Below are positions 42,950 to 55,539 of a stretch of DNA of 64,000 bases, piece by piece. Every line of letters starts with the position of its first letter. Within the stretch, counting starts at the first letter, position 1. Origin of the DNA: Octopus vulgaris (lineage: Eukaryota). Position numbers and translations under genes: made by a program. The DNA lies in the NCBI GenBank assembly GCA_951406725.2, contig OX597833.1:33666001-33730000 (forward strand). Direction: 5' to 3'. The notes under the pieces were generated by a model that saw only the letters and a program-made list of their open reading frames with translations, was not told the DNA's origin and searched no databases.

Positions 42950-45660
42950 AATAAAAAGAGGTTCACCTACTTTCTTCTCGTCGACTCCTGTCTAGCAGTA
43001 ATCTCTTCGACGATCCTACCCTACCCCTGTCACCCAGTATAAGCAACTGTCATATGACCAAACCCTGGAGCGAATTCACTAACGCCCGTCCACGATACCT
43101 CCGACAGGGCAAAAGAGGCCGACGCTCGCCCCTCTTCCCCCACTTGCTTCCCCTCTCACGCTTCCTCTTCACGACAGCCCCTTGACCATTGACGTCACGA
43201 CTCTCTTCCGGCTCATCCCCACATTCCCCCCCCCCCCACCGAACTCAAAGATCACCTCCTCATTTCGCTCTATGTCGAAATCTACCATCCATCATTGCAC
43301 GTTGTGATCTTCTTCAGCTGGGAACCTCGTTCTCTTCCTCTTTTCCACAATCATCATCCGACGAAGTGACAATCCTACGAACATCTAAGACGCGACGCGG
43401 CATTCTCCCACCTTCTCTCTCCAGCCAGTTCCCCTCTTTTGCTCGTCTCTTGGTGTAACTGCATGCCGTACGCAGCCACCCCGCAACCGAGTAGTAACTG
43501 CATGCCGTACGCAGCCACCCCGCAACCGAGTAGTGACTGCATGCCGTACGCAGCCACCCCGCAACCGAGTAGTGACTGCATGCCGTACGCAGCCACCCCG
43601 CAACCGAGTAGTGACTGCATGCCGTACGCAGCCACCCCGCAACCGAGTAGTGACTGCATGCCGTACGCAGCCACCCCGCAACCGAGTAGTGACTGCATGC
43701 CGTACGCAGTCACCCCGCAACCGAGTAGTAACTGCATCCTGTACGCAGCCACCCCGCAACCGAGTAGTAACTGCATCCTGTACGCAGCCACCCCGCAACC
43801 GAGTAGTGACTGCATGCCGTACGCAGCCACCCCGCAACCGAGTAGTAACTGCATCCTGTACGCAGCCACCCCGCAACCGAGTAGTGACGGCATGCCGTAC
43901 GCAGCCACCCCGCAACCGAGTAGTGACTGCATGGCGTATGCAGCCACCCCGCAACCGAGTAGTAACTGCATCCTGTACGCAGCCACCCCGCAACCGAGTA
44001 GTGACTGCATGCCGTACGCAGCCACCCCGCAACCGAGTAGTGACTGCATGGCGTATGCAGACATCCCGCAACCGAGTAGTAACTGCATCCTGTACGCAGC
44101 CACCCCGCAACCGAGTAGTGACTGCATATCGTACGCAGCCACCCCGCAACCGAGTAGTAACTGCATCCCGTACGCAGCCACCCCGCAACCGAGTAGTGAC
44201 TAATTCATTTCCCGCACATCGAGAACAGTTCTCTCCTGTTGACGTTGTTACACAGCTCCGGGATCTCATTCCCCCTCCGAAACATCAGCACGCCTTCTGT
44301 GTCTCTTAGAAGCTTCAGCCCCATTGCAGCACCTCCAGCCATTGGCTCCGGTGGCTTCGCAATCTGGCCGAATTTTTTCAGATGTCTCACATCATCTGTG
44401 GTAAGCACTCCAGTCCCGTCCACTAAGATGTCATCTATATCGGAATTGGTAACCCTTCTTACCCTATCCACATTTCCCAGGATAGATGTGAGCACTGTCG
44501 CCATGATCTTCGGCGCAGAATTCAGCCCGAAACCCAGCCTTATCAGGCGATATGTCTGGCCCTTGTATCGCACCAGCTGATATTACCACAGTTTGTTGCT
44601 CATATGGAGCTGCAAATTTGCCGACTTCAAGTCGACAATCGTCGCTGCCTTAGTCGACTGTCTCCATACGCGCAGCGTTTCATCGCAGACGTCAGTCGCC
44701 TCGCTACCCGTGTGGCACAATACATGGCCATTCATCTTCTGAAAGTCCAGCACCGGTCTGACTTTTCCCTTTGTAAGCTGCACCACTGCCATTAGAGGTA
44801 GCACTCCGCTCACCACCTCATCCTTCCACAGGATAAGGACACTTTCCTTAACCCACCTCTCTACCTCTTCTCCAAACTCATTCCTAGCATATCTTTTCAG
44901 GGTATGCTGGTAGCAGCTCACCCTGTTCTACAGCATCGGGGGCTCCTTTTTCCAGCCCCACTCCATCGTCTACCGTTGACCATCGAACACCGCCCGAAAA
45001 TCCTTGTCTTCAATGGTGTAGTTAGTGCAGCCCCTCGCGAAGTTCTGCTCCCTCTCATATTTCTGATTCTTGGCGCATGACACCTCCACGCCACCAAACA
45101 AAACCATGTCCCCTCCAACACTGACACCTCCAAGGCGGTTGATCGCGTACATTCCCATTACCACATCAATTCCCTCTACCACGTGATCGATCACGATCGC
45201 CCGCAGCCGCAGATTTGTGCATCGCACTGCTATCTCCACGTCGCTGCTACCAGTACATTCGATTTCGCTGCCGTCGACCGCCCGAATACTACACGTTCCG
45301 TTCCATTTCTTTGTCACCCTCGGGGTCACGAGAAACGTCGCGCAGCCCGTATCCACAAGGGCCTCGAACTCTTTCCCTCGACCACGACGTCAACTACGGG
45401 CAGAAACTGCACAAGCGCCTCTACTTGTTCGAGCGCCTCTACTTGTTCGTGAGGGAAGTTTGAGAGACAGCAACTTCCCGTAGTCTTTTCCCTGGCCGCA
45501 GTTTCGGACGATATGCCCAGTCTGTTTGCACCGGTAGCAAACGGGTCCAGGTTCCGCGCAGGCCTTCGCCATATGCAGTCCCTGGCACTTAAAACACCGG
45601 CCTGTGAACGGTCGCTGTCGTTCCACGGCAGGTTTCTTTTCGTCTTTCACAGGCTGTCGC
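42950..45660 (-). mobile_element. Ty3/gypsy-like element 2 (gag zinc knuckles, protease, RT; deleted 3' pol; PPT and partial 3' LTR)
   Basis: CFKCQGLHMAKAC and CYRCKQTGHIVRNC, VDTGC, DLKSAxLQ, LGFGLNSAP, xIDDIL; G-rich PPT then TGTGGGG at 43223. Confidence 0.88.
43455..44201. repeat. 39-bp minisatellite, 19 full units plus 6 bp, inside gypsy pol
   Basis: Unit gtractgcatgccgtacgcagccaccccgcaaccgagta with exact 39-bp period from 43455 to 44196. Confidence 0.97.
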
Positions 45661-46084
45661 GGGCTTCCGGAACCGCCATCACCACTACTTTCTGCCCGGT
45701 GTTTGTGTCAACATGCGGGCTTGAACGATGAACTCGTTCATTGCCAATTTTTTGCCGCCTGGCAATTGCTGTAGCCGAGGCCAAAGCGATAAGAATCGAC
45801 AGTATAGTAGCGGTTGTAGCCACTCATAATAAGAAAGAGTACGAGTGGAATGTCCCAGTGAAAACCTCAATAAAATGTAAACATAACAGATCAGACATGG
45901 TGAAAAAGTAATAGGGTGACTCTAGACTGAAGTAAAGTTAACTTTTCTGTGGAAATTAAGTTCACTGGAACTTCAAGTTTCGCCTATCGGATTGCTTAAT
46001 GAATTTAGCCAGTTGTCTTTCGATTTACCCAGTAAATTGGTTTTGTGAATCAATGTGCAAATGGTGTGAAATAATGGAAATATT

Positions 46085-46694
46085 TGTAACGAACTTGTGA
46101 GTGAATATCCTCGTGCACTTTTGGGGTGCACAAAGCAATCACTAGCCGTTGCTTTAATAATCCAGAATTCTACCAGTCAGAAACAACAAGACGCAGACGT
46201 AAAATATATATAACTACTTTATTCTCTAATGTGGTAACAGTAACAATAAGTGGTTATCTGGTATCCCTTTGGTTCTGGGCGCGCAAGGCTGAAAGTTAAT
46301 CGATTGTAATATTTACAATGTTCAGCCGCTAAAAACAGAACGGGTTAAAGATGGCGTCCGGAGGAAGAAGATGATGTTGGTCTGCAACAATTTGGTTAAA
46401 GGCCTGTTGGTAAGGTGCTGCTAGAATCAAGTCCGGACGGAGAGAAAATATGCGTGACCGTCGCCTTCAGTCGCTGCTGTCTCAAGTCACTGCTGACTGC
46501 TGCTAGTGGTCAAACGTTCTACGACCCCCTTGCCTTGGCTAACTACCACGTAGGCAAAAGAGTCGTGCTTCCGGTGGTTCGCGCATGCGCGAGAGGGCCC
46601 TTCCTTTCTGTGCCTTGGTGAAGGCACCAACACTCGCACGCGCGAAATAGAAAATGGACGGTGCGCGCGCGCGCACCGTTATAGGATCACTACA
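46085..46694 (-). mobile_element. Solo LTR with 4-bp TSD TATT, related to 41377-41922
   Basis: TGTA...TACA ends, TATT at 46081-46084 and 46695-46698; colinear with the other solo LTR in reverse complement. Confidence 0.88.
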
Positions 46695-47609
46695 TATTCT
46701 TTTAATGTTATAGTTAAGGAAAAAACACAAACAAAAATTTAAATGATTATTTATTGGAAAGGTATTAAATTTGACTGAGTGTCAATGAATGTATAGACAC
46801 ACATACAATTATGTATGTATGTATGTATCATGCTGGATACCCAAATACGAACGGTTCTTTGTATGAATAACTTACACAATGAAAAATTTTCTGAAGAAAA
46901 TTAAACTCGCATAACGAACTGAAATTTGGTCATCTAATAACGAGCAGATTACACGCGAATACATGTTACTGGGAGCCCATTCGCTTAGCGAGCTGAAATA
47001 TGAACAAGCCACGAGTAGACTACGCATGTGTATAAATTACTGGGAAACCATTCAATTAGCGAGGCGAAATTTGAACGAACTAAGATTAGGTGTACTGCAA
47101 GTGAGTATAAGTGCTAAGAAAACATATATGAATAAGTATGAACAAATTGTATCGTAAACAGTTTTTCTGAAGAAAATTATATATACAGAGTGCAAACTAC
47201 TGGTATTTAGACCCTTCTATCCACTCAGTCAGTTGCAGTTCTTAATGCGCATCTAATCCAGAATGTTGTGCCAGAAATGCATGTCCATGACTGTCCTCTT
47301 ATTCCCCCCCCCAAAAAAAAAGCACGTATCAACACCTTTATCTAGAAGCACCACCACTTCTGGAGCCCTCATCAAATCTTCCTAGACAGCCCAAATCGCC
47401 AACCACAAAACATGCACCAACATAAAATTTTTAGACATTTAGATATTTTTTCAACCCAACACCACAGAGACCAACTTAAAAACTAATTACTAACAATCCA
47501 AGAGGCACAGATTTCGTTTAGGTATCATTGCTTTACCACTCCCTTCAAACAAAATTTACATTCATTCACAGATGACGTGCTTTCTCATGAAATCTTATAT
47601 GCTCATCAT

Positions 47610-47762
47610 TTACATTATTTATATTGGGCGGATATGTGTCCTCAACTTGTTTGATGTTACCACAACGTTTCGGCTGATTTACTCTCCAGCCTTCATCAGG
47701 TGTCCAGGTGGAATTTTGAACCCAATCCTGGGTTCTCATTCCTAAGGTAGTTTTACTGATGC

Positions 47763-47820
<58 letters not shown>

Positions 47821-48405
47821 AATAATATTTATTCAAGGCACTTCCTGGAACTGAACTCGGAATCTTGGGGTTAGCAGCCCACACTTTTAACCATTACGCT
47901 ATATACCTGCTATAACCCTAACCCTAACCCTAATATTTTTGTATCCTTCCTTAATACCGGTTCTCATATTCTACTCATATCTGCACTAGGTCTGCTTAGG
48001 AGGTTATTGTGTCCTAGCACATGCGTTGCCTCTTTTAGTTTTCGAATTTTCCAGTGGTGTTCTCTGTCCATTATTTTTAACTTCGTTTTTTTCATACATG
48101 ATCAACTATACCCGATTTTCAACATCTCCTCGTGTCACAGCTTTACGATGTTCCTCTACCCTTATTTTGAGTAGGCAGCATGTTTCGCCTTTGTATAACC
48201 TACCACAGCTGCATGGGATGGAGTACACACAATCTTTGGTCATATTCTCTTCTATTGGTGGTTTTACTCGAAGGATATATTTGCGAAGTGTTGTATTACT
48301 CTTGAATACTGTCCTGATGTCATATGGCCCGCATATCTTTTGTATCTTTTCCGAGAAACCTTTCACATAGGGTAGACAAACTGTGGTCAGTTTATGGGTT
48401 TCATA
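47610..48405 (-). mobile_element. Penelope-like element, inverted 3' copy (GIY-YIG and pseudo-LTR)
   Basis: CLPYVKGFSEKI...CVYSIPCSCGRLYKGET..LKIRVEEH is GIY-YIG; followed by (TTAGGG)3, tRNA-like segment, (AAT)n and a hammerhead-like end. Confidence 0.88.
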
Positions 48406-49362
48406 CCAAAAAGCTCAAGGAGATGAACTAAGGTGGAAAGTGAGACAGGTACTAGAGAAAGCGAAACTTCCTTAATCAAACACTACTAAGGAAGAAAAGT
48501 TTGCTATCAAAGCACCACAGAGTGATAATTCCATCATAATACTTCCGGAGGTCAAAGACAATACTATGTTGGTGATGAACAAGTCTGACTACTCTGAAAA
48601 ATTGGCAAGTCTCATAAGCTATAGCAAAGTAAATAAAAACCCAACTCTGAAAATAGAGAGGAAGTTGTCACAGATCTTAATCAAGAACAAGGATCGCTTC
48701 ATACCAATGAAGTACAGACAACTGACCCAACACTACAGTAAGCTACCACACATATACAGTCTCCCTAAGATTCACAAAGATGGTATTCCATTAAGACCTA
48801 TAGTGAGTTGTAGAGGTTCGGTATGTCATCCACTGAGCCGCTTCCTTGTGGATATAATAAGTCCATTAGCAGATAAGTCAACGTCATATGTGAAGAATTC
48901 CACCCACTTCACAGAATTGATCAAGGATACCCCTGTTGGATCCAACCTGATGGTAAGTCTAGATGTGATAAGTATGTTCACCAAAGTTCCAACTGATGAA
49001 GCACTATCAGTGATTCACGAAAAACTAGTGACAGATACCTATTTAAAAAGATCGAACTAGTATACCAATAGGAAATTTGATGAAAATGTTGACCTTCTGT
49101 GTTGAAACTACCTACTTCAGAGTAGATACCGATATATATCAACAGGATTCGGGTTTAGCTATGGGTTCGCCATTATCACAAATAACAGCCAACCCTATGG
49201 CTTCGATACATTGATGACACCTTTATACCCTGGCCCCACCAGGAAGATGTCCAAGTACTGCTCAATGATATGAACTCAATAAAGCTATCCATACTTAATG
49301 ATTAAAAGCACGAGCTACTAACCTCAAGATTCCGCGTTCAATTTCAGGTAGTGCCTTGAATA

Positions 49363-49448
<86 letters not shown>

Positions 49449-49449
49449 T

Positions 49450-50318
<869 letters not shown>

Positions 50319-50320
50319 AC

Positions 50321-50384
<64 letters not shown>

Positions 50385-50385
<1 letters not shown>

Positions 50386-50853
50386 GTATAAAAGATGGGC
50401 TACAGCAAATATTCTGCTCAATACCACAGATTTGCTTGTCAGTTGTTTGACCTTAACCAGTTGAGCATGTCCCTTAGTGGCTGACGATATGTGCATCTCT
50501 GACTATGAACAGAAGTAGTGGGGGAACATCATAGCCGTGTGTTGAAAGGAATTCTTGGAGGTTTGGATAATTCACCTTTGGAAACATGGATAGTTCGTTC
50601 AACATCTTAAACAATCCTTATTCAGGGACCTTTAGAGCGGGATGGGTTACTCGACCAGAAGAAAATTCTAACTGGGTCCCACCTGCAAGGTCATGCGTTG
50701 TTTATCTTGATATGAGATCACCATGTCGCGCACATATGGTTGTGGTGTATGTGCCTGGTGTACCCTTATCAGACGGGTAGTCATGATGGATATACTGGGC
50801 TTCGTATATTTTACCCCAGTGTCACTTTGATGGCATGCACTGCTCTCTCACTC
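50385..50853 (+). mobile_element. Non-coding insertion flanked by (AAT)n, possibly the 3' UTR of another AAT-targeting retroelement
   Basis: Complex sequence bounded on both sides by long AAT tracts within the Penelope 3' end; absent from the mirrored copy. Confidence 0.5.
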
Positions 50854-50933
<80 letters not shown>

Positions 50934-51701
50934 CTACATCAGCAAAAAATACCTTAGGAATGAGAACCCAGGGTTGGGTTCAAAATTCCACCTGGACACC
51001 TGATGAAGGTTGAAGAGTAAATCATCCGAAACGTTGTGGTAACAACAAACAAGATGAGGACACACATCCGTCCAATGTAAATAATGTAAATAACGTACAG
51101 AATTCCTCATCTCTAAAATGTAGAACAGTATAATCTTATATGCTATTGACAACCAGCTTTGGTTATTGAACATGACACTGATTGGCGAGAAAAGTGAAGA
51201 AGGCTTGAGCCAAGCCTAGTCAGATATCTTTCCTTGCACATGAAACTGGAATTGTTATCGATAAACATTTAAGATACTGTATATAAAATATTCCTAACAC
51301 CCAAATGTATAAAGTGGTTTAATTTTCTGAGTCTATCGATAAACGAACAGTATGTGCGTGTGTGTGTGTGCGTCTGTGTCTGCGTGCGTGCGTGTGTGTG
51401 TGGGGGGTGCGTTCATCTACCCTATATCCTTCTTTAAAAATTAACTCTTCCTCACGTACACTATCGTCTTAATTTAATTACTGACCACTTTCCATCATTA
51501 TTACCGTTATCTCCCACGATTCTAATCTCCTACTAGAACCAGTTTCTTATTCCTCTCCTCGTAGATTAGATAGATACGTGAAATCTAATACCTACCTCAT
51601 ATTTCGCAGTCTGAATAAGTCTCAGAGAGGACGAACGAAATTTTGAATATATTACCAATTAAAATGTGCATGCAAACATACATACACACATAAATACACA
51701 G

Positions 51702-51734
<33 letters not shown>

Positions 51735-53502
51735 AACAAACAAACAAACAAACACACACGCACGTACACACGTATAAGTTGCTTTTAACGAACATAAGAA
51801 AAGTACTCAATACAAAGTGTAGAGTATTGCTATATCTATTCGACAGATGCCATATTGTGTTACTCGGAGTTTTACTATAGTGCAGTTACTCAATGCTGAT
51901 CTGAAATGGAAAAACAATTACACGAAAAATCCACCGAAAAGTCAAGTTAGGAATCCCACCAAAGACGTATAGGAAAGCTACAGAGTAAAAGGGCAGTAAG
52001 CCACCAAGGAAAAAATTCTCGTAAAATACATCAGTTTCTTTTTAAAGGAAAACTGGTCCACTTAAAATATAATTCACATTCAAAGCAAAACTTTTGCTTA
52101 AATTTTGAGTACTGAATTTTTCAGTTCTCCGAGTGGCATCTTAAGATTCAAGCAATTTGAGATTTTAAAGAAAACCAAGGACTCAGAGATAGACTTGACA
52201 CATGAAGTTAGTATTTCTTTGCATGAAGGCACGCAGAAAATGTTTCTCCTTCATATTCAGGATGTTGGCGTGACAGTTGCTACAACAGCCATTGCATACC
52301 TTTGCCTTTGCAATAATACTCCATATCATAAGATTGCTTTTCTTTGTATTTTAAAAGCTAAAAGTATTTTGAAAGTGGCATTGCTCTTGTAACGGTATTT
52401 GTTAGGTGGAGTCAGTGGTCAACATTTGTAACGGTATAGATAATGATATAAGTTGGTAAAGATGAAAGAAGAACAGTGATCGAAGTTGGAAACAAACATT
52501 TATATACCGTTACATATTGTTATAACCAAACCACGACAGGCTGGTATGTATAATATAATTCGTAAAGCATGCGAGGTAAAGAGAGATATCGTAGATTTTC
52601 CTTGTATAGGTATGTGTTTGTGTTCTCGTCTTTCTTGCAGCAAGGAAAATGATAGATAGAGTGATGTTGTAGAGAAGAAAAAGTGAGCTAGTGAAAGTGA
52701 GAGTGGTGAGATGAAACAACTGCTTCGTTGGTGAGTTACCATCGTTGTCCCTCTGGGCCTTTTCCATCAGAGACAGCATTTCGTTCAACCGGTCAGCCAG
52801 CTCGGTTCTCACTAACTAATTTTGGCTTACGGAGTTCTGTATTTAAAACTATACAAAACTAGTTAGAAAAATAGATATACTGCAAAGATAATGGATATAC
52901 TTTGCGTGGGGTGGGGTCGACTGTTATCTCAATTCAACTCTGCACTGCATACAAGAGGTTAGAAGGGTCAAGTGGTAAAATCATAAATCTGTTTAGCGAA
53001 GCCATGTGTTCATTGTAAATGTTCTTTCTCCGTGAGAAAAGTGCTGTTGAAATATTATGGGAAATTTCCCGATTCAGGTTCGATTTTACTTTCTGCCTAA
53101 ATGAAGTCACTACATTACTTACCATCCTGAGAGCTTTTAAGAAAAAGAAACCAACGATCTAGGAAGAAAAAGAAATGCATGGCTGGGGAAAAATTCTGCG
53201 TATTAGGAGAGAGGATCATTGAAGTGTATACGGGACAATTTTCTATTCGGGTAAGTCCGAATAGCGGTGTCGCTTTGAATGCAAAAATGTGCCTTGAAGG
53301 TTTTTTAGAAGCGAAATGTGTCTGGCGTTGTTGTCGTGGGTAATTGCTGGAGGTCAGCAAGAACGACAGTGAGGTACGCTGGATTCATGCACGAGATGTG
53401 CATGCAAAGAAAAGAGGTTGTTGAAAGTCTATATGAGAGTCTTAAATTTGCAGAAAAGTTCGTAGATGCTGCGGGGTCTGTACATCTGGACGAGACGAAA
53501 AA

Positions 53503-53547
<45 letters not shown>

Positions 53548-54049
53548 CGAAAAGGCTGCATGGTGCGGGCCTCCGTATTTTCTTCAAGTTAGTTTCTGGG
53601 CAGGTGCCTAAATGAAGTCACTACACTCTTATACCGTTATCTAAACGAGTGTGTGTGCTGTACGTTTCTTATTTTAAAAGGGTGTCCGGTTAACGTTATA
53701 TACGTTTGCTGACTTTACATCTTTCGAAAGATATTTTTAATCCAAAGGATGACTAAGGTGTGACTCAACAATTGCAGTCAAGCTGGTTTGTTTAAGTAAT
53801 GTTTATGGGTTTTTGATTGAATGATGTATTTTCTATCCTATATTCTGCAGATATCTGGAACTAGTTTTAACGGATTGTTTTTGAAAACTCTATGATATAC
53901 AAGTGGCGAATCGTTTATATTAAAAAGAGAAACCTACATTCGTGACATGCGAACATTACGAACTTGCATGGATATATTTAATTTTACGTTTTATATAAAT
54001 ACCACTGATGATAGAAATCAGTAGCAGCAGCATTACACTAGCTCATTTA

Positions 54050-54265
54050 TTGGTTTCAAATTTTGACTCAAGGCCAACAATTTTGTGAGAGGTGGTAAGT
54101 CGATTAGATCGACCCCAGTGCTCAACTGGTACTTATTTTATCGACCCAGAAAGAATGAAAAGCAAAGTCGACCTCAGCGGAATTTGAACTCAGAATGTAA
54201 AGACGAACGAAATACTGCTGTGCATTTTGCCCGGTGTGCTAACGATTCTGCCAGCTCGCCACCTT
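54050..54265 (-). mobile_element. Cephalopod-type SINE
   Basis: Well preserved core atcgaccc...gatgaaa..aaagtcgacctcagcggaatttgaactc, also at 13165-13280 and 35325-35545. Confidence 0.75.
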
Positions 54266-55539
54266 CTCTGCCAATATTATTGCAAGAAAAAAGAGTACCG
54301 CTTTCTCTTTAATCAAAATTGCTTGTCCATTCACAGTACGGATTCAAACCATCCATATTTTCGAATGAATATTCTGTTGTAGCCGCTAAGAAATTGATTG
54401 ACCCAGATAATGGGCTATTCTGATTGGGAAATATTATAATAGAAAGAGTATACTCATTCTTATGTTTGTTCATGAAAACTGAAAATATGAACGAATGTCC
54501 AACTTACAAGTACAATACAATATAATCAATCGCAGTTAAAATTACTGTCACCTGTCATCGGAGCTTAAACTATTGCCAAAGACATTGCCGTCTACATCGT
54601 AGCTTACAAACCATAGTAGCTTATTCTCTTACAAATCCTTCGTCTGTTGCAACAACAAAATCGCTACTGTTATTAACGTTTTAATCAGGTTGTCTTACTA
54701 CGATACACGTGCTGAGCTGAACGAATACTCAAAACAGTAAACCTATTTCTACCGTTTCAATACAAGTATTCAAAGAAAAATAGGTGTTACAAGCCTATAA
54801 GTGCATTAGGCTAGAGTTCATCCTGGTTTCCATAGCGTATAAGCAACTGAGAGTACAAGACAGCTACCACTGCTGGCACTAACTTCCGACTGAGTGGACT
54901 GGAACAACATGAAATGATGAATTTTGCTCAGTCACAACCTTCTACCTGTCCCGTGAATCGAAAGTATTTAGTTGTGTGAAACTGACAATTGTGACTTCTA
55001 ATTTCTAGCCCACGATGATATGTAAAACAAATTTATTCTCATTTTTATCATAGCGGAATCATCCTTCCAATTGGGTAACAATCAAAGTATCGAGATGTAA
55101 AATTTTGTTCTCAAAACTGCCATTTCAAAACTGTACTACAGAGTTCAAATCTCTATTGACAGGCTTTTGTACTGTATTAATTGAATTACTGTTGTCATTA
55201 ACCGACATTGTGTAATTCTGTCTATATTATTTACAATAATTATTCCACCACCACGGAATACATAGGTCTACTGACTGAAAATTTTTCACAGGCTTTTCTT
55301 TATTTAGACTTATATATTCTATATATCAAACCGAAGGAATTTTATCTGTTTATTTACATCACTGTCTTTATAAAACATTTATCATGTTGGCTTGTAGCTT
55401 TTTGTTTTTGAGTTTTCTTTTTTAGTATAACCATCTTGTTTATTCTCTACATTTGGATGCCAGGAGAGGTGCGTGTTTAAGAATATCGTTACAGAACCAC
55501 ATTGTTTTTTGTTAGATTTCACTGCCTGGAATATCCTCA

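Noticed and set aside
43455-44201. CRISPR-like array beside a reverse transcriptase
   Set aside because: No unique spacers (units are contiguous and differ at a few positions), no cas genes, eukaryotic context, and the unit reads as pol sequence.
43375-44309. Four long ORFs (254-294 aa) over the array as real genes
   Set aside because: They arise because a 39-bp unit lacks stops in most frames; no splice or domain support.
41377-46694. One large transposon with about 550-bp terminal inverted repeats carrying an RT
   Set aside because: Each arm has TG..CA ends and its own 4-bp TSD, so they are separate solo LTRs.
47830-47905. Functional tRNA gene (also SINE heads such as 3850-3913)
   Set aside because: Stems imperfect and embedded in TE sequence; treated as tRNA-derived.
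47913-47933. Chromosome end or fusion site
   Set aside because: Only about three units, single orientation, inside a TE.
52836-53125. Protein-coding start exon ending ATG|GT
   Set aside because: Splicing to the nearest acceptor gives MNSVSQN then stop; kept only as a non-coding candidate.
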